Both the position numbers and the translations under genes were made by a program. A stretch of DNA of 63,996 nt, filler included, from Sphacelaria rigidula (Eukaryota): the NCBI GenBank assembly GCA_964200075.2. It is 3 parts of 3 records of this genome, joined end to end, with 100 filler letters (N's around TTAATTAATTAA, not from the genome) between each part and the next. Parts side by side here need not be neighbours in the genome. Positions count along the whole stretch, not along the records: positions 1 to 21,397 come from CAXNAA020000427.1; positions 21,498 to 42,860 come from CAXNAA020000428.1; 1 more part is not named here. One strand, written 5' to 3'. The notes under the pieces are model-generated. The model was not told where the DNA came from and did no database searches. It saw nothing but the letters and a program-made list of their open reading frames with translations. Below are positions 14,901 through 26,900 of the stretch, one piece after another (the stretch's first letter is position 1; each line of letters opens with the position of its first letter).

Positions 14901-17900
14901 TGAACCAAGAGTTGGTCTGCTAACAGCCCCGAGAGTGTAGGCAGGATGGTTTTCGCAGGCGTCGATAGACTTAGGAGGTGAGCGCTTGGCAGAAGATATA
15001 CAAAAAAGTAGTCAAAAGCCGTGCAGCAGTCTTTTTTGCCGTGATTGAGCGAGGCTGATGCACTGTTTCGCCTTACGTCCATCATTCAGCTGTAGGTGCT
15101 CGAACCATGGATACCCCCCGCCGCACCTTTCCTACCTACCGCATGGATTGGTGAGGGCGACAAGCTTACCCCTGTAGTTCCGTGCGCGTTGCTAGTGTAT
15201 GTGTGTGTGTGTGTCGATCTTGTGTCAACTTGTGCTCGTCTCACCGAGCTGGTTGTCAGGAATTGGGGGGAAATTCCTGCAAACGCTAGACACATAAGTC
15301 GAAACATCACCCAACCATGCACGCCCGAGCGGCGCCTACAGGACGTACACCCCCAAGTAAACACGCCACACCTTTCAGCTGTTCAGCAACAGCTTTTTAC
15401 GTTGACCAAAAACGAGTACTTTCAGCGCGAGTATTTTTAATCTTGTCCTGAGATGGCAAAACACTGCTGCTCGTCGCTTATGTACGAACAACCGTAACGC
15501 GTGGACACGTACAATATGCGTGACAACGGCCTCCTGTATTAGCCGTTGCCTCTCCACCTAGAACAACTTATTCCGACCCTCCTCTCCCAAAAACTGTCTA
15601 TCCAACAAGGACCCCGGACGCTCAAGGGATCAAGGCGGTGTCTTGACCCAACTTTAGGGAATGATCTTCCCAGTGAAAAAAGTGAATGATAACTAGGGGT
15701 CCGTTGATTGAGAGAATCGCAAAACTATGTTTGTAGTTCTCATAACATTCTGGCTCTTGGGTGGGAATCTCCTGGAATGCCAAAACCCATTCTGACATAT
15801 CGGAAAACGTGATCAGACGGGTGAACGGGAACATACGTGGTGCCGCCGCGATCTCGTCCTGTAGCGAGCAAGAAGTGCGGCTAGAAACGTGAAGCCGCGA
15901 TGCACACATCACACAGCACTACTAAATTTAGGCCGTGCGAGCACGTACTGTTCGTGAAGTGAAGCCACAACACACACACATCTAAACGTAGCTCTTGGTT
16001 GACTGGGCACGGTTTGTCTTTCTGGGGTCGATAAATAATGACTATATGAGAACCTGTGAGTTCAGCGGTGACACCCAAACATCGCAACCGCTATGCAATT
16101 ACACCCGTTTCCGTTTAAATTCCGCGCGTCTTGGTGCTGCACATCCCCTACTGAACCGAATTCCGTGATATCCAGCTCCTCCGATGGATCTGAGAAACTG
16201 CTGTCGTTAGATCAAGTGCGCCTACGCTTCAAATACATTGCGGTGCGCGACTGTACAGCGGGAAACCTTCACGTTTACATGGGCTCGTAGCCTTCAAGTA
16301 GTGATTCCCTGTGCAACATAAGCTAGGCCCTGGAATATATATACCCTGTTCGCTCAAGTTATTGTTCGTTCCTTCGGTCATTATCTGCGCGGACCCAGAA
16401 CCGCCTACAAACCCAAAAATGAACTAACTCGGCCAAGAAATAATTTCGCCAAAATTTGGGTCAAGACGATAACTCTTCGACCTCCAGCACCCCCCAGTAG
16501 TCCGATATCGCCCATGATCAAATTAGGCTTCGAATATGTCGTTCTTCAAGGTGTACAACACGCTTACTTATCCGGACAGTGGGTGTTGAATGTATGGAAA
16601 ATAATCCATGAGAACCCCTCATCGTTTTCATGTGGCCGAGCCACGTGGGTGTATGTCTTAATATGCTGAGTAGACGATTCATGTTGTCATTAGCGAGTAA
16701 GTGATGCACGTTGGCTATCACTACTGCGATGTACTCAAGCGACATACTCCCCGCCTTGCGTTAGCGGTCTTGATACTTTCAAGGCGTTACCAGTGCACCT
16801 CCTGCATGTTTTAACGCTGCACTGCACATATCATCTCAACCGTCTCTATGGTACCATGCTGCTGCTGTACTGTACAGATGAACTTGTTCCATCAGCGGCT
16901 GAATATAGCAGTACAGTAGCGCAGTACCTCTCTCAACTGCACAAAGAACTGTCCTGGTTGATTTCTGCACAAGAGGGGGTAGGTATATGACGTGAGACCG
17001 CAGAGAGAGCAGAAATTATCTCCTTTATTTGTGCGTCTCTGGTTGATGGTCGAATAGTGAAATACGGCTTCACCTCCAGGAAGACGATATTGGGTGACTT
17101 GTAGGGGAACTTCCTAGATCATTCCACCAATCAGAAGTATCCAGGTGGTCACACACACCCTCTCCAGGCCTGTTACCCTAACCTGTAAATTTCCTGAGAA
17201 CACGCATGGTTGATCTAGGAAGCAGCGCTGATGAACGCTGAACCTGCGTACCCCCTCCCCCCCCCCGTCAAAACACTGGAACCCCTGCATTGTCAGCCGG
17301 TGAAACTGTTCCGAAACCATGCTAGACGGACGTTAAATGGTTAACCGTTTGACTGCGAGAGTGGATTTCATCTGAATTTATTCTTCAGTGAAATCGATGC
17401 CCATTCAACAGATGGCCTATCCTGGCGGCCAAAGACACGACCTCACTGGGGACAATATTTCAAGGTTGTGTTATGTAGGGTACGGGAATATTCTTTGGGG
17501 TATGGGGTTCCTCACAGAACTTACAGAAACATCGGGTAATGGTATGGAAGTATTTGAGAAATTACAAAACTGTCGAGTACGGTATGGGAGGCTTACAGAA
17601 AACCGTACCGGCGATTGGGTATTTCCTTGTATTTCTTTGAGAGCATTTCCGCGCTCCGGGTATGGGCATACCTTATCTACAGAACTCACAGAAATGTCGG
17701 ATGAGGGTATGGGAGGCGTACAAAACTCACAGAAAGTACGGGAGGCTTACAGAACTCACAGAACTATCGGGTAAGGGTATGAAAGTCTTACAGAGTTCAC
17801 AGAACTGTCGGGTACCAGTATGAAAGTGACGGGCACGGTGAATCCCTGAAAAATACCCCGGGTGTACAGAAAACCCTACCCTACAGAACACAACCTCGCA

Positions 17901-19626
17901 TCATTTGACCCCTTCTCTTGTTGTGTGTGTGTTATCGTCCCATCTATTGTGAACGCCGGTCTACACCTTTTGGTATATGTGGGCGCACCAGCCGGGGTCA
18001 CACAGGAGGAAGGTCAACACAGGCGCTTGTCTTTTTTGTTTTTTAGTACTCCACCTTCCTTCTACGGTGCTTGTCTTTATTTTTTATCGCGAGAGGGGGT
18101 TCAGCAGTCCCTCTCCCTCGTCGACCGTTAGGTCGAATTTGTGTACCCGCGATATAGTCACTCTCCACTCTTGGGCATGGTGTGAGAAAAAATCCAACAT
18201 CGCTCCGAGAATTGAACCCACGACCCAATCGTCAGGAGGTTTCGAGGTTACAAACTGAGCCACCGGGGCAACCGGCTTGTAGTCCGCCTTATCAGGGTTT
18301 GCACAATTCTTTGGAAAAGTGGTATGTGGTGGCATGGTTATCTGCAACGTTGAAGTCATGTGCCCCTTCGTTCGTTTCCGCCGCTCGTTTCGCTTGAAAA
18401 AGCTGAGCTTTACTGTTCTTGACCCTGCCCGTCGCACGCAAATAATTATAAAATGTTCTTGAAGCTATCCGAGAACATAAATGCCGAGGACGCACCAAAT
18501 ACGAGCAAATTACGACCAATTCGATTCGACCGCATGTTTTGGGGTCGATTTCTTTTCAAAAAGACTGGGCTTTTACTTATTATGCTAGCACCGTTTTTGA
18601 AGAATCCGTTTATATTGAAACTAATGTTGGGTCGCTATTTTGTGAAACCGTGCTAGCATAGTAAGTAAATGTCGAAGTAAGACACGGCCTTACGCCTCGG
18701 TCGGGGTCGGGTCTCTTCACAACAGTGATTTGTAAGTATATACCCTAGTAGTGGGAATGACACCACGTTTTCCAGTTTGCGTTGTGTCTTGGATACAGAG
18801 TTTAGAAAGGATCCAAATATTCCCGTCCGCCAAGACGTTTAAATATGTGCATTAGTCAGGGGTTGGGAACTGCGGGCAGCGGAACACACGGTTTCCCGCA
18901 GCTGCTCAGCTGTAAAACGTCAAGGTTATCGGTATTGGAGGCCAGACGGAGATGTTCCTGAATGGGATAGGCGGCATCAACCGGTTGAAATCGTGCGGCA
19001 TGTTCAGATTCGAAATTCAAATTTTTGGCTCATGTGATCATGATGTTCTCTGTTGTTTGCGTGAAGTCCTCTTTGCCATCCGTTCTTGCTAGCTACCATC
19101 ACAGCCGCGACGAACGGCAACACAATCAGCACAGAACTCTAACAGAATGAAAAAGTGAATGTCTCACTTGTCGGTGTCGCTGTTGGTGCACAGCTCCGTG
19201 CTGCAGCTGAACGTGCCACGGTGAAGCCTAGAACACAGATGCAAGGTACCCGAGATGATGGGTACGAAAGAGAAAAACGACAAAATGCACCAAGCATGAG
19301 AGATTTTGGGGGGAGCATTTCATCCAGCCAGTGTATACATTTGGCACAATTCCGAAGCACACGTAGCCATGATGGTCACTACTACTAAGGCGTAATGTTT
19401 CCGAACGACAGCGGAGCATCGCACAGAAGCAAGGTGTATTGAGCCTGTTCGTGCGCCAAATGCTGCAACTGCCAAAAATCAAATCTGACTTCTAACTGGT
19501 GACCAAGTCGATTACCTACACCCACCAGCAGTACGCATCAACCCCGACAGTTAGTCCGTTGTACTGGCTGATGTGTACAGGGTATGTTACACTCTTTAGC
19601 GCCGTCAGCAGCCCTGGGATTCCCAT
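5912..19626 (-). CDS. EXO1: Exonuclease 1 (XPG/RAD2 family), 11 predicted exons
   Basis: Phase-compatible GT-AG exons: 19626-19526 ([34 protein letters not shown]), 19227-19168 ([13 protein letters not shown]), 14603-14484 ([22 protein letters not shown]), 11475-11352, 10838-10701 ([25 protein letters not shown]), 10452-10351, 9808-9698 ([25 protein letters not shown]), 9092-8979 ([13 protein letters not shown]), 8623-8530, 8320-7002 and 6535-5912 (long low-complexity C-terminus). The XPG-N, XPG-I and H3TH motifs are all present. The two C-terminal exons are less certain. Confidence 0.95.
17463..17896. mobile_element. MITE with terminal inverted repeats and internal ACAGAACTCACAGAA/GGGTATG subrepeats; second copy from 63523
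   Basis: AGGTTGTGTTATGTAGGGTA at the left end pairs with TACCCTACAGAACACAACCT at the right end. A related copy lies at 63523 to about 63920. Confidence 0.8.
17915..18268 (-). mobile_element. tRNA-derived SINE-like element; partial copy at about 59097-59340
   Basis: The minus strand begins CCCCGGTGGCTCAGTTTG (A box) and has GGGTTCAATTCT (B box). The body is shared with 59097-59340 (GGGCGCACCAGC, CAGCAGTCCCT.TCCCTCGTCGACC) and ends in a CA-rich tail. Confidence 0.7.
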
Positions 19627-19765
19627 AGTCTCGGTGGAACCCTACCTTCCAGTCTGCTCCGAAGCGTGAAAAGGTGACGGCGTTTTGCAGATATTTGCAA
19701 CACCTGTTTCAGACCCGCAATCGGAAGATGTAGGACATGGTTCGCCCTCTCCACATCATACAGTG

Positions 19766-19958
19766 AGGCCGTGTCTCAATAAGACTAGAAAACGAAACGG
19801 GAAAAGGAACAAGTGTCTGAACGTAGCATGTTGGTGAGTCACCGCAACCATAGATCCACCGGGGGATCAATCAACATGCTGCTTTTGGACACTTGTTCCT
19901 TTTCCCCGCTTTTTTTTGTATTGATACGAGTACATGATGAGATAATGAGACACAGCCT
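19766..19958. mobile_element. Small MITE-like inverted repeat in the EXO1/pyrC intergenic region
   Basis: Ends are AGGCCGTGTCTCA / TGAGACACAGCCT, with an inner pair GGGAAAAGGAACAAGTGTC / GACACTTGTTCCTTTTCCC. Confidence 0.7.
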
Positions 19959-20234
19959 ATTATAGTACAAGTCAGATTCGAAACCCATGTGAGGTTGATG
20001 GCCCAATCCCCGAATTATATATATTTTTCAATATCAGAAAATAATTGGATCCTGCCTACGCTGTTTATATGGACAGTACACCCCAGAGCTACCTAATGCA
20101 CAAGATGTAGCAGGCCTTTTTTTTTTTGCTCCTTCACTCCACCGCGGGTGTGAGAAAAAGCAAATATGGGAACAGTACATGAACGAGGGGTGGCTGGGAC
20201 GGGGTTGTCGGCAAAGTGCACTGTTGTGGTGAGA

Positions 20235-20351
20235 ATGGAAGAACGAGTGGAAATTTCTCTACCTCTGGCGGATGACTTTCATCACCACTTTCGCGACGGC
20301 GAGGTGTTGAAGGACACAGTCCAACATGCTTCTCGAATGTTCAAACGAGCG
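20235..20351 (+). CDS. pyrC: Dihydroorotase (homodimeric, E. coli PyrC-like), first exon only
   Basis: MEERVEISLPLADDFHHHFRDGEVLKDTVQHASRMFKRA is followed by a GTGAGA donor. It resembles the PDDWHLHLRDG metal-binding HxH motif of type II dihydroorotases. I found no downstream exons before or after the assembly gap. Confidence 0.85.
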
Positions 20352-20967
20352 GTGAGATGTACGCAACACAGGAGAGATCACCTCTACTTCGCAGTCTGTC
20401 AGCAGCGTGGATGCACACGGTTGCGTCGCCATTCCTGCGTTTGCACATTTCTGGGTTCGTTTTTGCACGATGTTACACTGTAATCAATTCTCGTAGTGAA
20501 TTCGAAAATGGTATGAACTGTCGCTTGCTGCTCTTCAAGTGGTACAACTGTGCAACCTCAGGCATGCTACACACCCCACAGGCACGCATTCATGATACAA
20601 ACACTCCGCACTGGTGTTGGTCGGTTGTAACGATCACAGACAGTAGAGACAATGCAGTACAGTTATATACAGCAGTAGACGAGTAGAACAACGTACGCAC
20701 CACAAGGGTTACATGTTCGACATTCAATCGACACCACTTCAACTCTTTGCCCAACGGCCTCATCGCGGAACAGCTTCGCCAGCTGAGGGCCTGTCTTCGC
20801 ACATGAGTTTTCGATCGAAAAAGTGCGGTGGAAAACAAAAATCCTGATCTGATAGATCATGATTTCAACTATCTTCAAAATAAAACAACGATGGTTGAAA
20901 TTACGACCTATCAGATCAAGATTTTTGCTTTCCACTGCACTTTTTCGATCGACAACCCATGTGCTAA

Positions 20968-21149
20968 GGCCAACTCTTATGGGAGCGTTTAAGATTTTAT
21001 TTTGCAATAATTTCAAACGACTTTTTTTCTTTTTCTTTGCCGTAGTGGTGTATTTTGTGCCCGTTCACCATGATGACAAAGAAGAAGAAAAAAAACTCCT
21101 CTGAAATTGTTGCAAAATAAAATTTCAAACGCTCCCTTAAGAGTCGGCC
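20968..21149. mobile_element. PIF/Harbinger (Tourist-like) MITE of about 182 bp; second copy 40655-40835
   Basis: The TIR is GGCCAACTCTTATGGGAGCGTT / AACGCTCCC(A/T)TAAGAGT(T/C)GGCC with TAA-like flanks. A near-identical copy lies at 40655-40835. Confidence 0.85.
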
Positions 21150-21397
21150 CAAGGGCGTGTCTCAGCACCTTTTTTTTTCGATCGAAGAAGCTAGATCGAA
21201 AAAAATTGTCTTATCTGATAGGTCCATCGCATTTATGTTCCTCGAAGGCTTCAACTCAAAATTATAATTAGCGGCGCGCAGAGAATAATGCAACGAGTGA
21301 AAGAATATTTTTTTTCGATCAAAAACGTGCAATCGAAAGGCACGAAGCGTCACTTGACTCTTATCTTACAGACCACTACGCCAAATAACACCCGTTC

Positions 21398-21497
21398 NNN
21401 NNNNNNNNNNNNNNNNNNNNNNNNNNNNNNNNNNNNNNNNNTTAATTAATTAANNNNNNNNNNNNNNNNNNNNNNNNNNNNNNNNNNNNNNNNNNNN
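21398..21497. other. Artificial contig spacer
   Basis: 100-nt N run with a central TTAATTAATTAA, which gives stops in all six frames. Confidence 0.97.
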
Positions 21498-21870
21498 TAT
21501 TTTGCGGCGTTGTACTGGCGGATACTGGCGATACTGGGTATTTTGCGGCGTTGTACTGGCGGATACTGGCGATACTGGGTATTTTGCGGCGTTGTACTGG
21601 CGGATACTGGCGATACTGGGTATTCTGCGGCGTTGTACTGGCGGATACTGGCGATACTGGGTATTTTTGCAGCCTCGTACTGGCGGATACTGGCGATACT
21701 GGGTATTTTGCGGCGTTGTACTGGCGGATACTGGCGGTACTGGATATTTCAGTGTCTCATACTGGTGCATACTTGCGATACTGCGTAATATGGAGGATGA
21801 CACTGGCGGATACTGGTGATACTAGGTATTATCGCCGCCTGGTACTGGCAGATACTGGCGATATTGCGTG
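21498..21870. repeat. 41-bp tandem repeat (TATTTTGCGGCGTTGTACTGGCGGATACTGGCGATACTGGG), decaying rightward
   Basis: Units start at 21498, 21539, 21580 and onward. Related units occur at about 22806-22960. Confidence 0.92.
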
Positions 21871-22620
21871 ATTCATTGACTGATACTGATTCATACTCGC
21901 GGATACTAGGTACAATACCCCACGTCCAAAGTGGGGCAATTGGCAATGTCTGACGATACTGGCAATTTTCTCAGGTTCCTTCGCTGACCACTGCTCATCA
22001 CATTGGGGACCTGAAGATACTAGAACCCGCTCCACATTCCAAAATAACATCATGTGTGCTCAATATTGAGTGACTTGCGGGCTGACCGGGTCATCGGAGG
22101 TCCTGACATCTTTCAGCCCAAATTCCGGCTCTTCTGTATTTTCGGTCGATCGAGCGTATCCCGATCGTGTTTGGAAGAAAAGATGAGTTTTTTCTTCAAA
22201 TTTCCCTAGTTAAATGACTGCATTTCACGGTCAATAACACCCTCCTGATCAACGCGGTATCTACTCGTATCGCCCGAAAACATCGACTAACACCACCAAA
22301 AAACCTCGTACTGGTGGATACCGGAATCCACCCTATCCAACGTTACCGTGTTAATGCTGTAGGGTAAATCAAAGAACGTAAACTTTCAACCACGTGCAGA
22401 CCTCGAGCACTTCGTATCCAGGAATACCAATTCACCTACGAACAAGTGGTAGTACAAGTGTATCATTTCAGCATCACACAAAGCGACGCATAACGCAGCA
22501 GAAAATACCAGCAAGCACGCAGCGGAAGGAAAACCATGGGGCTGGTGTATGTGGGGGTTGACCAGTGGAGTCTTCTTCGTGTGTGTGTATGTGTGTGTGT
22601 ATGTGTGTGTATGTGAGGCA

Positions 22621-22768
22621 GAGTGTCTCTCGCTGTACCTTGATACAGGTACTGGAAAATATCACATGTATCTAGAGTGTCTCTAGCTGTGCCTTGATAC
22701 AGGTACTGGAAAATATCACATGTATCTAGAGTGTCTCTCGCTGTACCTAGATACTGGAAAATATCACA
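22621..22768. repeat. 54-bp tandem repeat, about 2.7 copies
   Basis: GAGTGTCTCT.GCTGT.CCTTGATACAGGTACTGGAAAATATCACATGTATCTA starts at 22621, 22675 and 22729. Confidence 0.9.
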
Positions 22769-23995
22769 TTTCTTTTCGGATTAATGTCACCGGGCATTTC
22801 GCCGAAAAATACCGGCGGATACTGGCGACACTGGGTATTTCGCCACCTCATACTGGCGGATACTGGGGATACTGGGAATTTTTGCCGTCTCGTACGGGTG
22901 GATACTGGCCGTGCCCAGTATAGGGGTACGGGTGATTCTGTACTGGATACTGGCCCCGTACGGGATACGGGGAGCACCTTTGGAAATTTCATAGCACAAT
23001 CCTCAAAAACTGAGACGCTATATCCAGATTTAGTGTATTTAGTGTATTTATTGCCTCTGCTCGTAATATACTTCGAAGTATTGATTTCAGTTTGAAACCT
23101 TTTGTGCGCCATATCTCGAGATAGATAACGAATCAGGTGAAGGTGAGGGAATCTATCGTCTCCCCGTGCTCCAGGGAATGTCCACACCAGAAATCGCCGT
23201 CATCCGCTGAATGTATCGATCGGGGTTTCATATAGATTTTAGTATGGGCACTATCTCCGTACAGTATAGGAATTACTACACATGGGGTTTCATCAACGAG
23301 AAAATATTGGCCCAGACTTTGGAGTAGATGCGAACCTTCCCCTTTATTAAACGATTAATGCGATATGCAGATCACGGCCCAACTCGTCTGTGTCGATGAG
23401 ATATCGCTTTAAGAGCGTCATCCCGTTTTTAGGCTGGTCCAGCGCTCCTACAATGGTACATATAATAGTACTACCCAAAACAACCCTGAGAGAAAACAAC
23501 GATGTATACGATATATGTGGAATGGTTTGTCAGCTAACCGGTCGTCGGGGGTCCTATGAGTATCCAGCCCCGTGTTCTCGATCGAATCAATCCCTAGTGT
23601 TGTGGTGATCGTCCAGGCTCAGTTTTCGCAATTTCTTCCCCTTCATTGCGCTACAGCCGAAAAGCGTTCGGTGCTTTTGGCCCAAAAAAATTAGGTAATG
23701 GCACCTCCGCCACGGAAACGAGGTTATACCCCGTATCGCCCCGACAGCACAAAGCTGGAAGGTACTTCCCGTGAACAACATGCTTCTGGTTTCAAGGTAT
23801 ACCGACTCCAGAACTTTTGAGTAAAAAGAAAAAGCCTGCACGAAAAATCCTCGATAAAGTGAATTAATCGTGTTCTTGAATGGTCGACTTCTGTAACAAG
23901 TCCCAACATGCCAAACTGATGAACTGATCACGTTGTCCACGAACTACAGCTACAACTACAGGACTTCGATCTCGTGGCGAACACCACCTATCTCG

Positions 23996-26900
23996 TCACG
24001 TACATACCTTGAAAGCCACCTGCAGATCGTGAGACCCGAGTTTTCCCTCCACCACGTTGAGCGATCGCCGGAAAAACTCCGCGGCTTCACCCGCGCGCCC
24101 CATCCCGTGCCCACCCTGTTCACGAATCACCTGTCCGATTTCTTGTAAGGTCACCGCTACGCGCATATCCTGCTCCCCCAAACATGCCTCTTGGATTTCC
24201 AGCACTCGCCGCAGGAAACTCTCGGCCTCGGCTCTCTGTCCCGCCTCCCGAGCCCACCGGGACACGCTGCACAGCGTATCAGCCACACGCATGTCAGCTC
24301 CCAGATTTTCTTCCTCGATCGCGAGTGCTCGCCGAAGCAAGTCCGCCGCCTCAGCAGCTTGCCCCTGCTCGTGAATACAGTGACCCAGCTCGTGCAACGT
24401 GTTCGCAACGCGCATGTCTTCCTGTCCGACCTCTTGCTCCTCAATGGACAGCGCTCGCCTCAGCAACTCCTCCGCCTCACCTAAGCGCCCGCACCCGCGA
24501 ACGCACGCCCCGAGCAACTTCAGCTTGGACGCCACCTCCACGTTGGGACCCATCGCCTCCTCGATGGCCAGCGACCGGCGGTAATAGACCTCTGCATCCC
24601 GCAGCTTACCGCTTTCGTGCATACATCTTCCCAGCTCACAGACCGTTTCGCTCACCTGTGAAGCGCACGAGATCAAGCCCACGACACAGAGCACAGAGCG
24701 CACAGCACACGATCGGCAGCGTATAGCTGGTCAAAGTACAAGTGCATCATTCCACATCTCTGGTGGCTATCCCTGGTGGCCGTTGGGCTGAGCGCTAGTA
24801 AGACGCACCCTCCACGCATCATCCATCATGTAGCCGTAGCCGTAGTCATCCGGCTATATGTCGACCGCTTCAGCCAAAGAACATGCACAAACAACTATAC
24901 GTGATTTTCTTTGGTCGTGCTTGGTCAATCACATCACGAAATCACATCGTGGAAATCCTCACGACAGCACACTCGCAGCATAACTTACACTTCCCTCGTG
25001 GTGGCAGTTAAAATTGTTGACTATACACTATACACTGTACGCTGTACACTGTACACCGTACGTTTCTTGTCTATTGCAACTATAGACCATTTTTTGTCCA
25101 AGGTGTGTACAGTATACACGCCCTCATGTTTGAAACTCGTGCTATGCACCACACCAGTACCGGTGCTCCCCCGCATATACGGAGCTGACACAACATGACT
25201 GCAGATGAAGATAATTTCTCATCAAAATGGGTTAGGGTTAGGGTCGTCACCTGTACGTCGTCGGGGTCAAGCTTGGCTTCCATTATTGTCAGGGCCCGTC
25301 GCAGTAAACCCTCAGCCTCGCGGGGCCTTCCACTCCCCCTCACGCATCGGGCCAGCCAGCCTAGCGTCACCGCCACCTGTTGGGTTGAGGTAGATCGACA
25401 TGGTTTTGAGTGGAAACAGGTGGTGACCTAGAATACAAAGTATGACTGTTCCTGCGCGGTCCTTACCCTGACAAGAGTCTTTCACGAGAGATGTGACAAA
25501 TGCACGAACCGTCCTTAGGTACATCGGTGTACGTCGGTGCACAGGATAGAAAGTACGAATTGTTGTCAGCATCCATTTGTGATCGCCAAGCTAGAGATAC
25601 TTGTTGCGAACGGTGTTGTGGGCATCTAGCTTCACTCCCTATTTGGCATCCAAACCATGCGAACCATGCATGTGCTGCGGTGCTCCAACCCCACCCTGAG
25701 AAAGAACCAACGAACCCAACCTCGATTGCCGGTACATGGTATCCAGTACACAGTACACAGCTTCGAAACACACCTTCACGTGGTCAGGCCCCAGAGCGGC
25801 TTCTCGAATCTCCAGAGCCCTGGCGAAGAACGCCTCCGCCTCCTTGGGGCGTTGGTCGTCTCGAATGCACCGGCCCAGCTCTCCCAAAATTACGGCTACC
25901 TGCATTATGACGTCACCAGCAGGAGCGGAGGAGCTCGCAGTTACAACCCCACACGCCACATGGTGCTCGTCGTACTTTTTGAAGAAGGAGCAAAACCAAA
26001 AATGGTTCACGGTTGGCTCGAAATGCATGCTGATGTTAGTACGGAAATGGATACAGACTCTAACCTCCCCCTTCCTCTGCATCGCCGCGCATACGTTACA
26101 GTAGCATGTACTACACACTGCACACGCAAAACCAGTCACCACCAGTCCATGGAGCGAATACTATGTAGCCATACGGCATAGCTGAGGGCGTTGAAGGCTA
26201 CTTATTGTTGTACCTTGGGGGGAAAAAACGCATGTAGCCCGACAGAATTGGGATAGTGTCAAACGGTTGCGTCATGTCACCACCGTGTAACACACGTACC
26301 GTTATCCCATCTTTTGAGGAACTTCTTCACTGTACCCCACTGCACAGTAATGTCGCCAACTAGAGATGGGTTGCAGTCACATGTAGTCATGACATTATAC
26401 AAAATTGAAAAATATATATGGACAATGAACGCTCTCCGACCGCGGGGTCATTTCGCGACGGTCCACTGCCTGCACAACCTAAATGCTGTAAATGGCAGTG
26501 GGGAGTAATTGGTCGATTCATTGGTTGATTGACCGACTCTTCAACATACCGCACCTGCAAGTCTTTCGGGCCTAGCTTGCGTTCCTTGATATCTAGGGCT
26601 TGCTGTAGGAAGCCTTCCGCTTCCTTAAAACGCTTTCGATCACGAAGACAGCGACCGATCTCGTGTAATATTTTAGCCACCTCAGCATCGATGGGTCCCA
26701 GTTTGACCTCCTGGATAGCCAGCGCCCGCTGCAGCATATCTTCGGCTTCGGCATACCTTTCACCGGGACCCGCGCGGACACAGCGACCCAGCTTGGCAAG
26801 CGTAATACCCACGGCCATGGCATCAGGTCCCAGCATTGCTTCTTCGATGGACAGAGCCCGGCGGTAACAGGCCTCTGCCTCCGGCCAGTGATCACTCTCT

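Noticed and set aside
18195-18268. tRNA gene (also about 39545-39607)
   Set aside because: A and B boxes are present but I could not fold a cloverleaf. The 18195-18268 copy continues into a repeated body, so a SINE head fits better.
21441-21452. TTAATTAATTAA as a biological motif
   Set aside because: It is embedded in N runs twice in identical form, so it is an assembly linker.
21498-21870. CRISPR-like array, or the repetitive ORFs called in several frames
   Set aside because: The units are contiguous with no unique spacers and there are no cas genes. The ORFs are by-products of a 41-bp tandem repeat.
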